Shown here in pieces: positions 1 through 8,233 of a stretch of 64,000 nt of DNA. The notes under the pieces were generated by a model. The model made no database searches, had not been told where the DNA came from, and saw only the letters and a program-made list of their open reading frames with translations. Position numbers and translations under genes: made by a program. The first letter of the stretch is position 1; every line of letters starts with the position of its first letter. This stretch comes from Patescibacteria group bacterium (GTDB taxonomy: Bacteria > Patescibacteriota > Patescibacteriia > JAXHNJ01): assembly GCA_043812155.1 (NCBI GenBank), contig JBDRMK010000017.1, positions 77,824-141,823 on the forward strand. Reading direction: 5' to 3'.

Positions 1-148
1 CATCCGAGCCTGAATTATTATTTTCGTTCAAGACCCCCTGGTTATTATTGGCATTAACCGATTCACTGGGCCAGAAATAAAAATAGTAAACCGCCGCTCC
101 GCCTAAAAGAACGATCAGCGTCAGGGAAAGAATAATTATTTTTTTCAT
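1..148 (-). CDS. Partial CDS, N-terminal part of a membrane-anchored protein; the gene continues beyond the window start.
   Basis: ATG at 146-148 on the minus strand gives MKKIIILSLTLIVLLGGAAVYYF, a hydrophobic signal/TM segment. The frame is open to the window edge. Confidence 0.4.
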   Translation of the reverse strand, partial: MKKIIILSLTLIVLLGGAAVYYFYFWPSESVNANNNQGVLNENNNSGSD

Positions 149-183
149 ATAGTTTTATAATAGCTTATAAATATACAAGGTAT

Positions 184-2166
184 TTAGCCTAGCCCTTCCG
201 AGTCGCGGGTAATATTCAATTCGTCTTTTTGGCGGGGCTGAACATTTCGGCCGACTTTTTCCTCCGGCCCTGTCTGGCTTTCTTCGGCCGCGCCTGCCTC
301 ACCGCCCAGCTGACGTTCAAATTCCTTTTTCGCCGCTTCAATTTCCAGCAGCTGCCGGGGGTCGGAAGTGATAAGCTGGTCTTCGGTATAAGAAGCGACG
401 ACTTTAATGGCCGCGTGGCGGGTGCCGGCGAAAAATATCCCTTCGCCGACGCCGCATTCCAAAAGCAAATAGCGCTCTCCCTGGGTTAAAAGAAATGTTT
501 TGGCGATAATATCAATGCCGGCCGGAGATTGCTTCATCAAAAGCTGCAGGGCGGAGTTATTGACGATCGCCTGGCCGTAAGGTGAGCGCAAGAAATCATT
601 GACATCCTGAGTGATAGTAGTAACCCCGAGATAATATTTGCGGCAGCGCTTGACCAAAGCGTAAATAAATTTGGCGGAATCCTCGTTCTGCATCAGCCAC
701 CAGGCCTCGTCGATCACCAGCACTCTTTTTTTCATCTTGGAGCGCACCACGTTCCAGATATAAGAAACGATCATGGAAATGCCGATGGCCCGCAGCTCAT
801 CTTCTAAGTCTCTGACGGAAAAAACCACCAGCTGATTATTCACTTCCACATTGGTCGGGCTGTTAAAAAGTCCGGAAAACGTTCCTTCAGTGTATTTTTT
901 CAATCTTTCGGTCAGTTCTTCGGCCCCGACCATCCCTTCCAGAACATCCTGAAGGTCTTTCATTAAAGGCGGCTCAATTTTTGAAAGATCAGAATCAGGG
1001 GTAATATCCTTATTGGAGTAAGTCTCCAAAAGGGCCCGGTCAATGATAGAATCCTCCTCATGGGTCAGTTCGCCCAGCATCAGACGAAGCAAGGATTTTA
1101 AGGTAATGACGGCCGAACGGATAATATCAGCCGTTTTCTCCCCTCCGTAAACCGCTTTAGGCAGATCGAACGGATTGATGCGGCTTTCGGAATTCAGGGA
1201 AATATTAATGTAGGTGCCGCCGACCGCGTCGCAAAGATATTTATACTCCATTTCCGGGTCAACGATGATCACGTCGGTGCCGAACATCAGGCTGCGCAGG
1301 ACTTCCAGTTTCACGGCGTAGCTTTTCCCCGAGCCGGAAACGGCGAAAACATTCAAATTGGCGTTTTCCAGGGAAAAACGGTCAAAAAGGATAAGGCTGT
1401 TGTTATGCCGGTTAATGCCGTAAAGGATGCCGTTGTCCGAAGATAGGTCCGCGGAAATAAAAGGGAAAGAAGAGGCGCAAGGCGAGGAATTCATATTAAA
1501 AGTGACTTGCAATTCATCCAAGCCTAAAGGCAGAGTGGAATTGAAACCCTGCTCCGCCTGAAAAAGAACCCTCTTTGTGTAAATAAGAGTGGAGCCGAAG
1601 ATTGATTCTATTTTTTCAGTCAGGCGGTCCAATTCATCTTTCTTATCGGCGTAAAGAGTGAGGTAAAGGGCGAATTGGAAAAATTTTTCCGTGCCTTGGG
1701 TCAGATCATCCCTCAGTTTTTCAATATCTTTTAAGGCGGTTTCCCGCATCGGGTCCCGCGGCGCGCCTTTTTCCGCGTCGGACAAAATCTGCGCTTCAAT
1801 GGCGCCGACCCGGTTTTTCAGTTGTTTTAATATCAGTTTTGATTCCACCGGGTAAAAAAACATGGCCACGTCCAAAGCGACATTAAGATTGATAATGGGC
1901 GAGAACCAGCCGACGGAGATATAGCGAGGGTAAGTGACGACAAAAAGAGTCCTGACGAATTTGCCGCCCAAATTAATGTAATCCCTTTCAATATTAATCG
2001 CGGCCGGGGCAATCAGGTCCCGCACCGAAATAGTGCCTTTGCGGTAAATTCTTTCCGCCTCAATGATCTCGCGAGCCACATCCGCTTTTATGGGTTTTTT
2101 TTCGGGCGCCGAGACCGGCGTTCTGGCCGCTATGATTTTTCCTTTGGATAAATTTATATCGGGCAT
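184..2166 (-). CDS. virB4: VirB4/TrbE/CagE-family type IV secretion (conjugation-type) ATPase.
   Basis: Walker A FAVSGSGKSY and Walker B VLVIDEAWWLM. N-terminal region (GTISVRDLIAPAAINIERDYINLGGKFVRTLFVVTYP) is typical of Gram-positive-type VirB4. Likely start is MPDINL at 2166, not the upstream ATG at 2259, because the upstream gene stops at 2174. Confidence 0.8.
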   Translation of the reverse strand: MPDINLSKGKIIAARTPVSAPEKKPIKADVAREIIEAERIYRKGTISVRDLIAPAAINIERDYINLGGKFVRTLFVVTYPRYISVGWFSPIINLNVALDVAMFFYPVESKLILKQLKNRVGAIEAQILSDAEKGAPRDPMRETALKDIEKLRDDLTQGTEKFFQFALYLTLYADKKDELDRLTEKIESIFGSTLIYTKRVLFQAEQGFNSTLPLGLDELQVTFNMNSSPCASSFPFISADLSSDNGILYGINRHNNSLILFDRFSLENANLNVFAVSGSGKSYAVKLEVLRSLMFGTDVIIVDPEMEYKYLCDAVGGTYINISLNSESRINPFDLPKAVYGGEKTADIIRSAVITLKSLLRLMLGELTHEEDSIIDRALLETYSNKDITPDSDLSKIEPPLMKDLQDVLEGMVGAEELTERLKKYTEGTFSGLFNSPTNVEVNNQLVVFSVRDLEDELRAIGISMIVSYIWNVVRSKMKKRVLVIDEAWWLMQNEDSAKFIYALVKRCRKYYLGVTTITQDVNDFLRSPYGQAIVNNSALQLLMKQSPAGIDIIAKTFLLTQGERYLLLECGVGEGIFFAGTRHAAIKVVASYTEDQLITSDPRQLLEIEAAKKEFERQLGGEAGAAEESQTGPEEKVGRNVQPRQKDELNITRDSEGLG

Positions 2167-2173
2167 AATAATT

Positions 2174-2848
2174 TTATTCTTCCAAATTAATTTTATTGAT
2201 GTCAACCATTTTTTCCTGGTTATAGGATTCCGGATTATAAGTGTTATAAAACAATTCAATCAGGCTTTGCGTGTCCAAGATTTCGGATCTCAAACCGATA
2301 GAAGAAAGGGCATCCCTCACGTAATCCACCCGTTTGAATATTTCTTCTTTGTATTTCTCAAATTTTTGCTTTTTTAAATGAATGGCCGTGGTCGGCGATA
2401 TTGATTCCACGATCCGGCTGATAAATTTTTTTGGCTTGTCGCCCCGGCCGGAATAGGGAATCGCCGCGTAAAATCTTTTACTCATGATATCAGCCATTTG
2501 GATCAATTCAGCGATATATTGGCGGTATTCAGTCGTCTGCATCCGCAATAATTCATTGGTCTGCTCCTTTTCTATTTTTTTAAGCTGCTCAAGATAGGCG
2601 TCAATATTCAATTTACGCGACTGGATGACGATCTGCAGATTAAAATCAAGGGAATTAATGAATTGGATATAACCCTGAATAACCGCTTCCTGCTCTTCCT
2701 GTGATTTCAAGGAAAAATTTATTGAGGAGACCAAGAGAACGGCCCGGATCGATCCGTCTTTAAGCACGATGCAATTATCCTTGATTTCCAAGATATCAAG
2801 GTATTTTTGGGTGGCCACCGCTTTAGAAGCCGTTCTTATTTTTGGCAT
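2174..2848 (-). CDS. Hypothetical protein, co-directional with and immediately upstream of virB4; possible T4SS accessory protein.
   Basis: 224-aa ORF, 7-bp gap to virB4, no recognisable motif. Role inferred from context only. Confidence 0.45.
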   Translation of the reverse strand: MPKIRTASKAVATQKYLDILEIKDNCIVLKDGSIRAVLLVSSINFSLKSQEEQEAVIQGYIQFINSLDFNLQIVIQSRKLNIDAYLEQLKKIEKEQTNELLRMQTTEYRQYIAELIQMADIMSKRFYAAIPYSGRGDKPKKFISRIVESISPTTAIHLKKQKFEKYKEEIFKRVDYVRDALSSIGLRSEILDTQSLIELFYNTYNPESYNQEKMVDINKINLEE

Positions 2849-2860
2849 GAAATTGTATAA

Positions 2861-3310
2861 TTATTTTTTATTTTGTTCCGATAATTCGTCTTCCTGGTAG
2901 GCGCCGCCGGTATCAACAATCAGGGATACTTGGGTCAGTTTTGAAGCAGAAAGAGGTTTTTTATGCGGGATGATCACGGGGGCGCGGGGCTTTTCTTCCT
3001 TGTATTTAAAATCACTTTTGGTGAACGATTTGCTCCAAACCCGCAGACGCGGCTCTTTCATCGTATTAAATAAATTCAGGAGAAAATAATGGAAAGGGCG
3101 GCCATTCAGGCGCAGAAAAGCGAAAAGTCCGGAAATCCCGAAAAGGAGGACGGCGATAACGGCAAAAAGGAAAAAATTTATGCTGAAAAAAATCTGATAA
3201 TCAAGGTAGATTAAAACTCCCGCCACTAAAAGCGTGACGAACTGGCGGACTGAAATCGGCCCGATAATTTTGCTTTCAATGTCGATAAATTGCGGAACTG
3301 TAAATTGCAT
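2861..3310 (-). CDS. Small polytopic membrane protein in the position VirB3 occupies (upstream of VirB4).
   Basis: 149 aa with two to three hydrophobic helices (LLVAGVLIYLDYQIFFSINFFLFAVIAVLLFGISGLFAF). Gene-order inference only. Confidence 0.4.
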   Translation of the reverse strand: MQFTVPQFIDIESKIIGPISVRQFVTLLVAGVLIYLDYQIFFSINFFLFAVIAVLLFGISGLFAFLRLNGRPFHYFLLNLFNTMKEPRLRVWSKSFTKSDFKYKEEKPRAPVIIPHKKPLSASKLTQVSLIVDTGGAYQEDELSEQNKK

Positions 3311-3318
3311 CGTGTTTA

Positions 3319-5004
3319 TTAAAATCTTAATTCTTTATTCAAATCAGCCAGATCGCTGAATTCTTTTTCCGTCAGATATGGCTGGCCGGAAGCCGTTCTT
3401 TCTTCCACCACTTCTCGGATAGTTCTGGCTCTTTCCATGCTTTGCCGGCCCATTTCCAGGTACAATTGATAAACCTCCGATTCCCGCCAGGCTTTTACCC
3501 CGGCCGCGAAACGCGTAAATGAATCTTCTTTCAAAAGATTGATCTTATCGTAAACTTTCCGCACGGCGCTTACCCGATCACTGCCGATACGCCTGAAATC
3601 ATTTAAACTTAACATTCTTAATTCTTCAACCGGCCCGGAAATTTTGGCTTTGCCCTTAATATCCTCGAGTCTTGGTTTTTGCGAAATAACAGAAGGCCGC
3701 TGAATATTTATGGGCGTAGATATATTTTCTCTCTCATTTTTCTGCTCTGCTTCTTCGCGCAATTTACTAAGGGCTTTTTCAAACAGAACCTGAGCTTGGG
3801 TCTTGACCGGCTCAGCGAGCGCCTCTTTAATAGGGGAGATTTTTTCTTCATCTGACATTTCTTTTGTATCTTGGGTTGATTCTGGTTCTTCCGGAACTGG
3901 TTTAAAAATTTTTTCCTTTTCTAAAGTGGCGGCTAAGGCTTCTTTAGGCGTCGGGACAGGAATTTTTGGCCGAGCCTCCCCCTGGGGCTTTAAAGCATGC
4001 AGACGCGGAATTTCATTCCTTAGATCTGTGATAATATTTTCCGCCTGGTCTTCCGGATATTCCAAGCCGCCGATCTTTGACGAGCGGGTCAATAAGTCAA
4101 AAGTGTCGCTTTCCGTTCGGATTTCTTTAAGCCTTGAGCCGGCGATGGAAAAAAAACGCTTTTTTAAAATATCATCCTCAAAAACTAGATTATATTTTGA
4201 AATAATTTGATTTATTACTTCGTCAACGCTTAAAGTGTCCGAAAGCGGAAAAGAGGAAAGGTTTTTTTCATGATTTTTTATTTCTTCATCGTCTTCAGGA
4301 TCTAAATAAGAATTGGCTGTTGATTTCTCGCTCGGCTCCAAACTTACCGTTTTCAACTGATTTTTTACTTCTTCGGTAACGGGCGACAGTTCAACTTCTT
4401 TCGTTTCTTCCACTGGTTTTTCTGTTTTGGCCGGCGGTAAATCTTTTCGCTCCGGCGGCAGAGAAGGGATAGGCGGAGGAATATTTTTTTCTTCTTTAAC
4501 AGACGGCCGGGCCGGCGAAAATTCCTCTAATTTTCCCTGCTTCATGATTTTTAACCGGCCGTCTTTGTCCTTTATCACGATTGTTTCCAGGCTGGCCGGT
4601 TTTTCCGCCACTTCATTAATAAATTCGTATATTCCAAAAATATTTTTTAATAGGATCAGCGTTTTTTCCGGGATATTCTGATTTCTTAAAGAACTGAGAT
4701 AATCCTCAGTTTTATTGATTTTCCCGGCGGAAAAATCAATAAAATCTTTCAGCCAATTGGAAATCAAAGGCGGCATTCTTAAGCCTTTATTCGTCACCAT
4801 GAACGCGCCCAGGGATTGATTATTGGTTTTCAAGGCGGCGGTTATTTTTTGCGCCAATATTTTCCGTGAAGCCAAAGGCAAGCTTAAAAACTTCAGGCGC
4901 AAATTTTTCAAAGTTTCCGGATAAGAAAGAAGACCGGGCAAATTTCGGCTTACCTCGTTTAATAGCTCTTCATCGGTCATTAATTGTAAGGACTGGCCCT
5001 CCAT
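3319..5004 (-). CDS. Hypothetical protein, 561 aa, with Pro/Glu/Lys-rich linker regions.
   Basis: Long ORF with no TM segments and low-complexity PPPIPSLPPERKDLPPAKTEKP stretches. No recognisable catalytic motif. Confidence 0.5.
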   Translation of the reverse strand: MEGQSLQLMTDEELLNEVSRNLPGLLSYPETLKNLRLKFLSLPLASRKILAQKITAALKTNNQSLGAFMVTNKGLRMPPLISNWLKDFIDFSAGKINKTEDYLSSLRNQNIPEKTLILLKNIFGIYEFINEVAEKPASLETIVIKDKDGRLKIMKQGKLEEFSPARPSVKEEKNIPPPIPSLPPERKDLPPAKTEKPVEETKEVELSPVTEEVKNQLKTVSLEPSEKSTANSYLDPEDDEEIKNHEKNLSSFPLSDTLSVDEVINQIISKYNLVFEDDILKKRFFSIAGSRLKEIRTESDTFDLLTRSSKIGGLEYPEDQAENIITDLRNEIPRLHALKPQGEARPKIPVPTPKEALAATLEKEKIFKPVPEEPESTQDTKEMSDEEKISPIKEALAEPVKTQAQVLFEKALSKLREEAEQKNERENISTPINIQRPSVISQKPRLEDIKGKAKISGPVEELRMLSLNDFRRIGSDRVSAVRKVYDKINLLKEDSFTRFAAGVKAWRESEVYQLYLEMGRQSMERARTIREVVEERTASGQPYLTEKEFSDLADLNKELRF

Positions 5005-5007
5005 AGT

Positions 5008-5949
5008 TTATAAAGTAGTTATCGGTCTTGATTGAGTGATATAAAATTTATTTTTGTGCAATGCCCATTCAATATCCTGCGGATGATGGTAATGCTTTTC
5101 AATAAGTTTGCAGATTTTCGCCAGTTCGACAATTTGCCGGCCGGCCAATTTCTGCTGATGGCCTTTTTTGCCCTTAATTTTTATTTTTACCGTACCGCTC
5201 TTTTTCTTCCGGATAATTTTTTCATTCTGCTCGGCCACGTTAATATCCACCAGATAATTATCTTTTTTATCAATTACATATGTGTCCGGCGTCACCTGGC
5301 CGGAAACAATCGCCTCCCCTTGGCCCAAGACCGCTTCAATAACCATCTGATTTTTGTCTTTGGAAACCGGATGCACAGTGAAAGCCACGCCGGAAACTTC
5401 TGAATCAATCATCTTCTGAATAACCACGGCCACCGCCACCTTCTGCTTATGCAATTTCTTTTCATAACGGTAGAAAATGGCCCGGGGCGTGAACATGGAA
5501 GACCAGCATTTTTTCACGGCCGCCAAAAGATTTGGCTGATTGACAAATAAATAAGATTCCAGCTCTCCGGCCCAGGAAGCGATTTTAGAATCCTCGGCCG
5601 TGGCGCTTGATCTTACCGCCACATAAGGTGATTTTAATTTTTTAAAGGCCGCCAAAATCGGTTTTTTAAGATCCTCGGGCATTTTTTTCTTGGCAGAAAC
5701 AGCCCGGATCTCATTGGAGGCGCGGTCAACCGAATTTACATCCTTATAATTGACATTGGAAATACGAGCCTCAATTTCAATATCCAAATCGCTTTCGGCT
5801 AAGAATTTATCAAAGGCGGAAGCCAAAATAACGAAACCGTCAGGCACAGGGAAACCGTGAGCGGCCATTTCTCCCAGAGAAGCGCCTTTGCCGCCGGCTT
5901 CTTTGACATTTTTTTTGCTTATTTTGGCAAAAGGGATGACAAAATTCAT
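5008..5949 (-). CDS. Stand-alone PEP-utilising enzyme N-terminal (pyruvate phosphate dikinase / PEP synthase PEP/pyruvate-binding, ATP-grasp) domain protein.
   Basis: GGKGASLGEM motif and the general pattern of the PPDK/PpsA N-terminal nucleotide-binding domain. No phosphohistidine or TIM-barrel domains follow. Start probably at MNFVIPFAK. Confidence 0.65.
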   Translation of the reverse strand: MNFVIPFAKISKKNVKEAGGKGASLGEMAAHGFPVPDGFVILASAFDKFLAESDLDIEIEARISNVNYKDVNSVDRASNEIRAVSAKKKMPEDLKKPILAAFKKLKSPYVAVRSSATAEDSKIASWAGELESYLFVNQPNLLAAVKKCWSSMFTPRAIFYRYEKKLHKQKVAVAVVIQKMIDSEVSGVAFTVHPVSKDKNQMVIEAVLGQGEAIVSGQVTPDTYVIDKKDNYLVDINVAEQNEKIIRKKKSGTVKIKIKGKKGHQQKLAGRQIVELAKICKLIEKHYHHPQDIEWALHKNKFYITQSRPITTL

Positions 5950-6050
5950 ATAAATTTGCCTTATTATTATGCCATAACTTTGAAGTTTTAACAAATATCA
6001 ATTTATTCAAAAAAAGAAGCACAAAATCATTTATATGCCCATAAATTGAA

Positions 6051-6848
6051 CTAATAAAGTCTAATATTTAGTACTTTCGGTATTTCCTCTATCAAATCAC
6101 CGGCGTTATAATAGACGCCGACCTTTTTATACAAATTATCACCGGCCAGACCGTTTATCAAGACTCCTACCTGGCCGGCCAAAAATAAATCGTTTTTACA
6201 GGCCAAGGCCGCCACAAGACCGGATAAGACATCGCCCGTCCCGCCTTTGGTCATGCCTTCATTGCCTGTCGTATTTATAAAACATTCTTTAAGCGAGCAG
6301 ACATAATCATTTTTACCTTTCAAAACTATATAACAGCAGCAATTTTTTGCCATCCTGGCGCAATTTTCCGGGCTGGCTTTGATACCGAATAATTTTTCAA
6401 ATTCGCCAGGGTGAGGGGTGACTAAACAATTTGTATTCAATAATTTTTTATCTGCCATTTTTAAGGCGTCGGCGTCCAACACGAATTTTTTGTCTTTATA
6501 ATTTATCAATAATGAATTGAGTGCTTTTTTATTTTCTGACGACACGCCCCAACCCGGACCGATCAAAATTACGTCTGATTTTTTTACCGTATCATTTAAT
6601 TCATTGCTATTAATCGTGATAAAGGCCGGGCTATTCTTTTTAATTTCCCGCATTAATTTCATACTACCTGAGACTGAATAGAAATATATCAGATCGACTA
6701 TTTTAGAAGCGATTTCAATCGCGTACCACGGGGCTCCATGATATTTTTCTGACCCGGCGATAATCAATAAAACGCCGTTTTCGCCTTTGCGGGAATTTTT
6801 CGGCGGGTGGTATAAATGTTTTAAAATTGATCGGGTGATTTTTTTCAT
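6051..6848 (-). CDS. nnrD: ADP/ATP-dependent NAD(P)H-hydrate dehydratase (YjeF C-terminal / carbohydrate-kinase-like family).
   Basis: KGENGVLLIIAGSEKYHGAPWYA N-terminal motif and GTGDVLSGLVAALA C-terminal motif. Confidence 0.75.
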   Translation of the reverse strand: MKKITRSILKHLYHPPKNSRKGENGVLLIIAGSEKYHGAPWYAIEIASKIVDLIYFYSVSGSMKLMREIKKNSPAFITINSNELNDTVKKSDVILIGPGWGVSSENKKALNSLLINYKDKKFVLDADALKMADKKLLNTNCLVTPHPGEFEKLFGIKASPENCARMAKNCCCYIVLKGKNDYVCSLKECFINTTGNEGMTKGGTGDVLSGLVAALACKNDLFLAGQVGVLINGLAGDNLYKKVGVYYNAGDLIEEIPKVLNIRLY

Positions 6849-7013
6849 AAATTTACACGTGTCGAGCGGGGGCTCGACAGGTACCCGGAAAAAAGGAGTT
6901 TGTTGAGCGAGGGCTTGACACTACCCTAGAGGGTAAACGTGTGATAAGCGACGGCTCGATAATATTTTCTTCTTTCTGGCGGGTAGGTCGGAGCCCCTGC
7001 TCCGACCTTTCGC
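6849..7013. repeat. Cluster of REP-like palindromic elements downstream of the RAYT gene.
   Basis: Hairpins gtcgagc-ggggg-ctcgac and ggtcggagc-ccct-gctccgacc. A GGGTAGG (GTAG-containing) head is shared with two intragenic copies. Direct repeats acgtgtcgagcgg / acgtgtgataagcgacgg. Confidence 0.5.
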
Positions 7014-7709
7014 TCATAATTCATCAATTTTTATCAAAGCATGATCATTAAATTCATAATTTCGGTACGACGACCACGGGTAATCTTCAGGATTCTTAAC
7101 CAGTTTAGCTTTGACGGGATTATGATGGATGTAATACAATTTTTGCTCCAATTTCTTTTCGGAGTAAATATTGAAATCGTAAAAATCTGGCATCCATATT
7201 GAATATTTTCTTGTTTTTTCTTTATTTTCCCTCGGGTAGGCCGAATCCTCGGATTTGGCAGAAAGACGTGTCCGATCTAAGGATCGAACTTTACCCGTTA
7301 GCGGGTAGGCCGAATCCTTGGATTCGGCCGGAAGGCAGGCCCGATCTGAGGATCGGACGGTACCCAACGTAGCGGGATAATCAAAAATTTTTCCCGTTAC
7401 AGAAAACTTCTTGAGTAAATCGGTCTTTTTATCCTTTAATAATTGCTGTACTATCTGTATGCTTGAAAATTTTTTAAAATCCCGCATTACTCTGGAAATA
7501 TCATTGTATTTATCATTTAACTGAATTAATAGATGGACATGGTTCGGCATAATGACAAAACCAAGCAACTTATAGGAAAATTTATTGCAATAGAATATTA
7601 GATTGTCAATGATAATACGGCATAATTTATCCTCTTGAAAAAGCGCTATTTTGTTAAAAGTGTGAACGGTAACAAAATGAACCGTATTTTCAATATTGTA
7701 TTTCTTCAT
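7014..7709 (-). CDS. REP-associated tyrosine transposase (RAYT, IS200/IS605 TnpA-like Y1 transposase) with an in-frame insertion of two REP-like units.
   Basis: HUH motif MPNHVHLL and C-terminal DYPWSSYRNY catalytic Tyr region. The central segment RSSDRACLPAESKDSAYPLTGKV / RSLDRTRLSAKSEDSAYP is encoded by tandem GGGTAGGCCGAATCC hairpin repeats. Confidence 0.75.
   Translation of the reverse strand: MKKYNIENTVHFVTVHTFNKIALFQEDKLCRIIIDNLIFYCNKFSYKLLGFVIMPNHVHLLIQLNDKYNDISRVMRDFKKFSSIQIVQQLLKDKKTDLLKKFSVTGKIFDYPATLGTVRSSDRACLPAESKDSAYPLTGKVRSLDRTRLSAKSEDSAYPRENKEKTRKYSIWMPDFYDFNIYSEKKLEQKLYYIHHNPVKAKLVKNPEDYPWSSYRNYEFNDHALIKIDEL
7200..7385. repeat. Two tandem REP-like hairpin units (GGGTAGGCCGAATCC(T/C)(C/T)GGATT(T/C)GGC followed by CCGATCT(A/G)AGGATCG) embedded in frame in the RAYT coding sequence.
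   Basis: Direct reading of two near-identical ~70-bp units, each with two short hairpins. They share the GCGGGTAGG head with the element at 6978-7000. Confidence 0.55.
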
Positions 7710-8011
7710 GGCAAACTCATGATGATTTGCTGTATCCGCTCCGCCTCTTGCCTAACTATCTCCGTGTCGTATTCCCCGGCGTGCATGCTTGTCCCCGAAT
7801 AAGAGGGCCTCTTGGCGTCAAAATGCAAATTCAAGATCAGCTCTTCGCGGCTGTCCTTATTAACATAAATGTGAAATTTGGGAAATTCGCTTCGACCGGC
7901 CCGGCGGGCAAAACCCGGCTCGCCTTTATTGTCGCCGGAATAATGATAGCCACATTTGCGCAAAAGCGTTAAAGTATTTTCGGAAAAATTTTTCGCGATT
8001 ATAAGCCTCAT
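7706..8011 (-). CDS. Hypothetical protein, 101 aa, translationally coupled to the RAYT gene.
   Basis: 4-bp ATGA overlap with the RAYT gene. No recognisable motif. Confidence 0.4.
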   Translation of the reverse strand: MRLIIAKNFSENTLTLLRKCGYHYSGDNKGEPGFARRAGRSEFPKFHIYVNKDSREELILNLHFDAKRPSYSGTSMHAGEYDTEIVRQEAERIQQIIMSLP

Positions 8012-8233
8012 AATGACTATATTCTAGCGCTTTTTCCAAATATTTTCAAACCCAAAAATCCGGTACCTTTAAACGGATGTTCCGGCTATCCCAAATTGTC
8101 ATGCTGAGGCTGTCGTGAGCTTGCGAACGACACTCGAAGCATAGACAATGTGCCCATTTACAAGCGTCACCCTTCGAGGCCCAGCCTGCCCTGAGTGGCA
8201 ACGAAGGACGCCTCAGGGTGACAATATATTTTA
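8012..8233. repeat. Highly structured intergenic element with nested hairpins. It shares a ~14-mer (agcctgccctgag / ctcagggcaggct) and cccttcg with the element at 54228-54275.
   Basis: Stems atgct...agcat, gtcgt...acgac and a 13-bp bulged stem gtcaccct(tc)gaggc...gcctcagggtgac, followed by a T-rich tract on the plus strand. Confidence 0.35.

Noticed and set aside
3803-4210. Plus-strand ORFs embedded antisense within long minus-strand genes (for example 3803-4210, 10697-11287, 16527-17183, 19907-20404, 23749-24243, 45754-46272, 57767-58792 inside purL).
   Set aside because: They lie entirely within stronger, motif-supported genes on the opposite strand and lack motifs or starts with context. 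They are typical shadow ORFs in GC-richer segments.
8012-8233. SRP RNA or 6S RNA as the identity of the structured element next to the RAYT locus.
   Set aside because: The conserved SRP domain IV motifs and the 6S central-bubble architecture could not be recognised by eye. It is retained only as an unclassified structured repeat.
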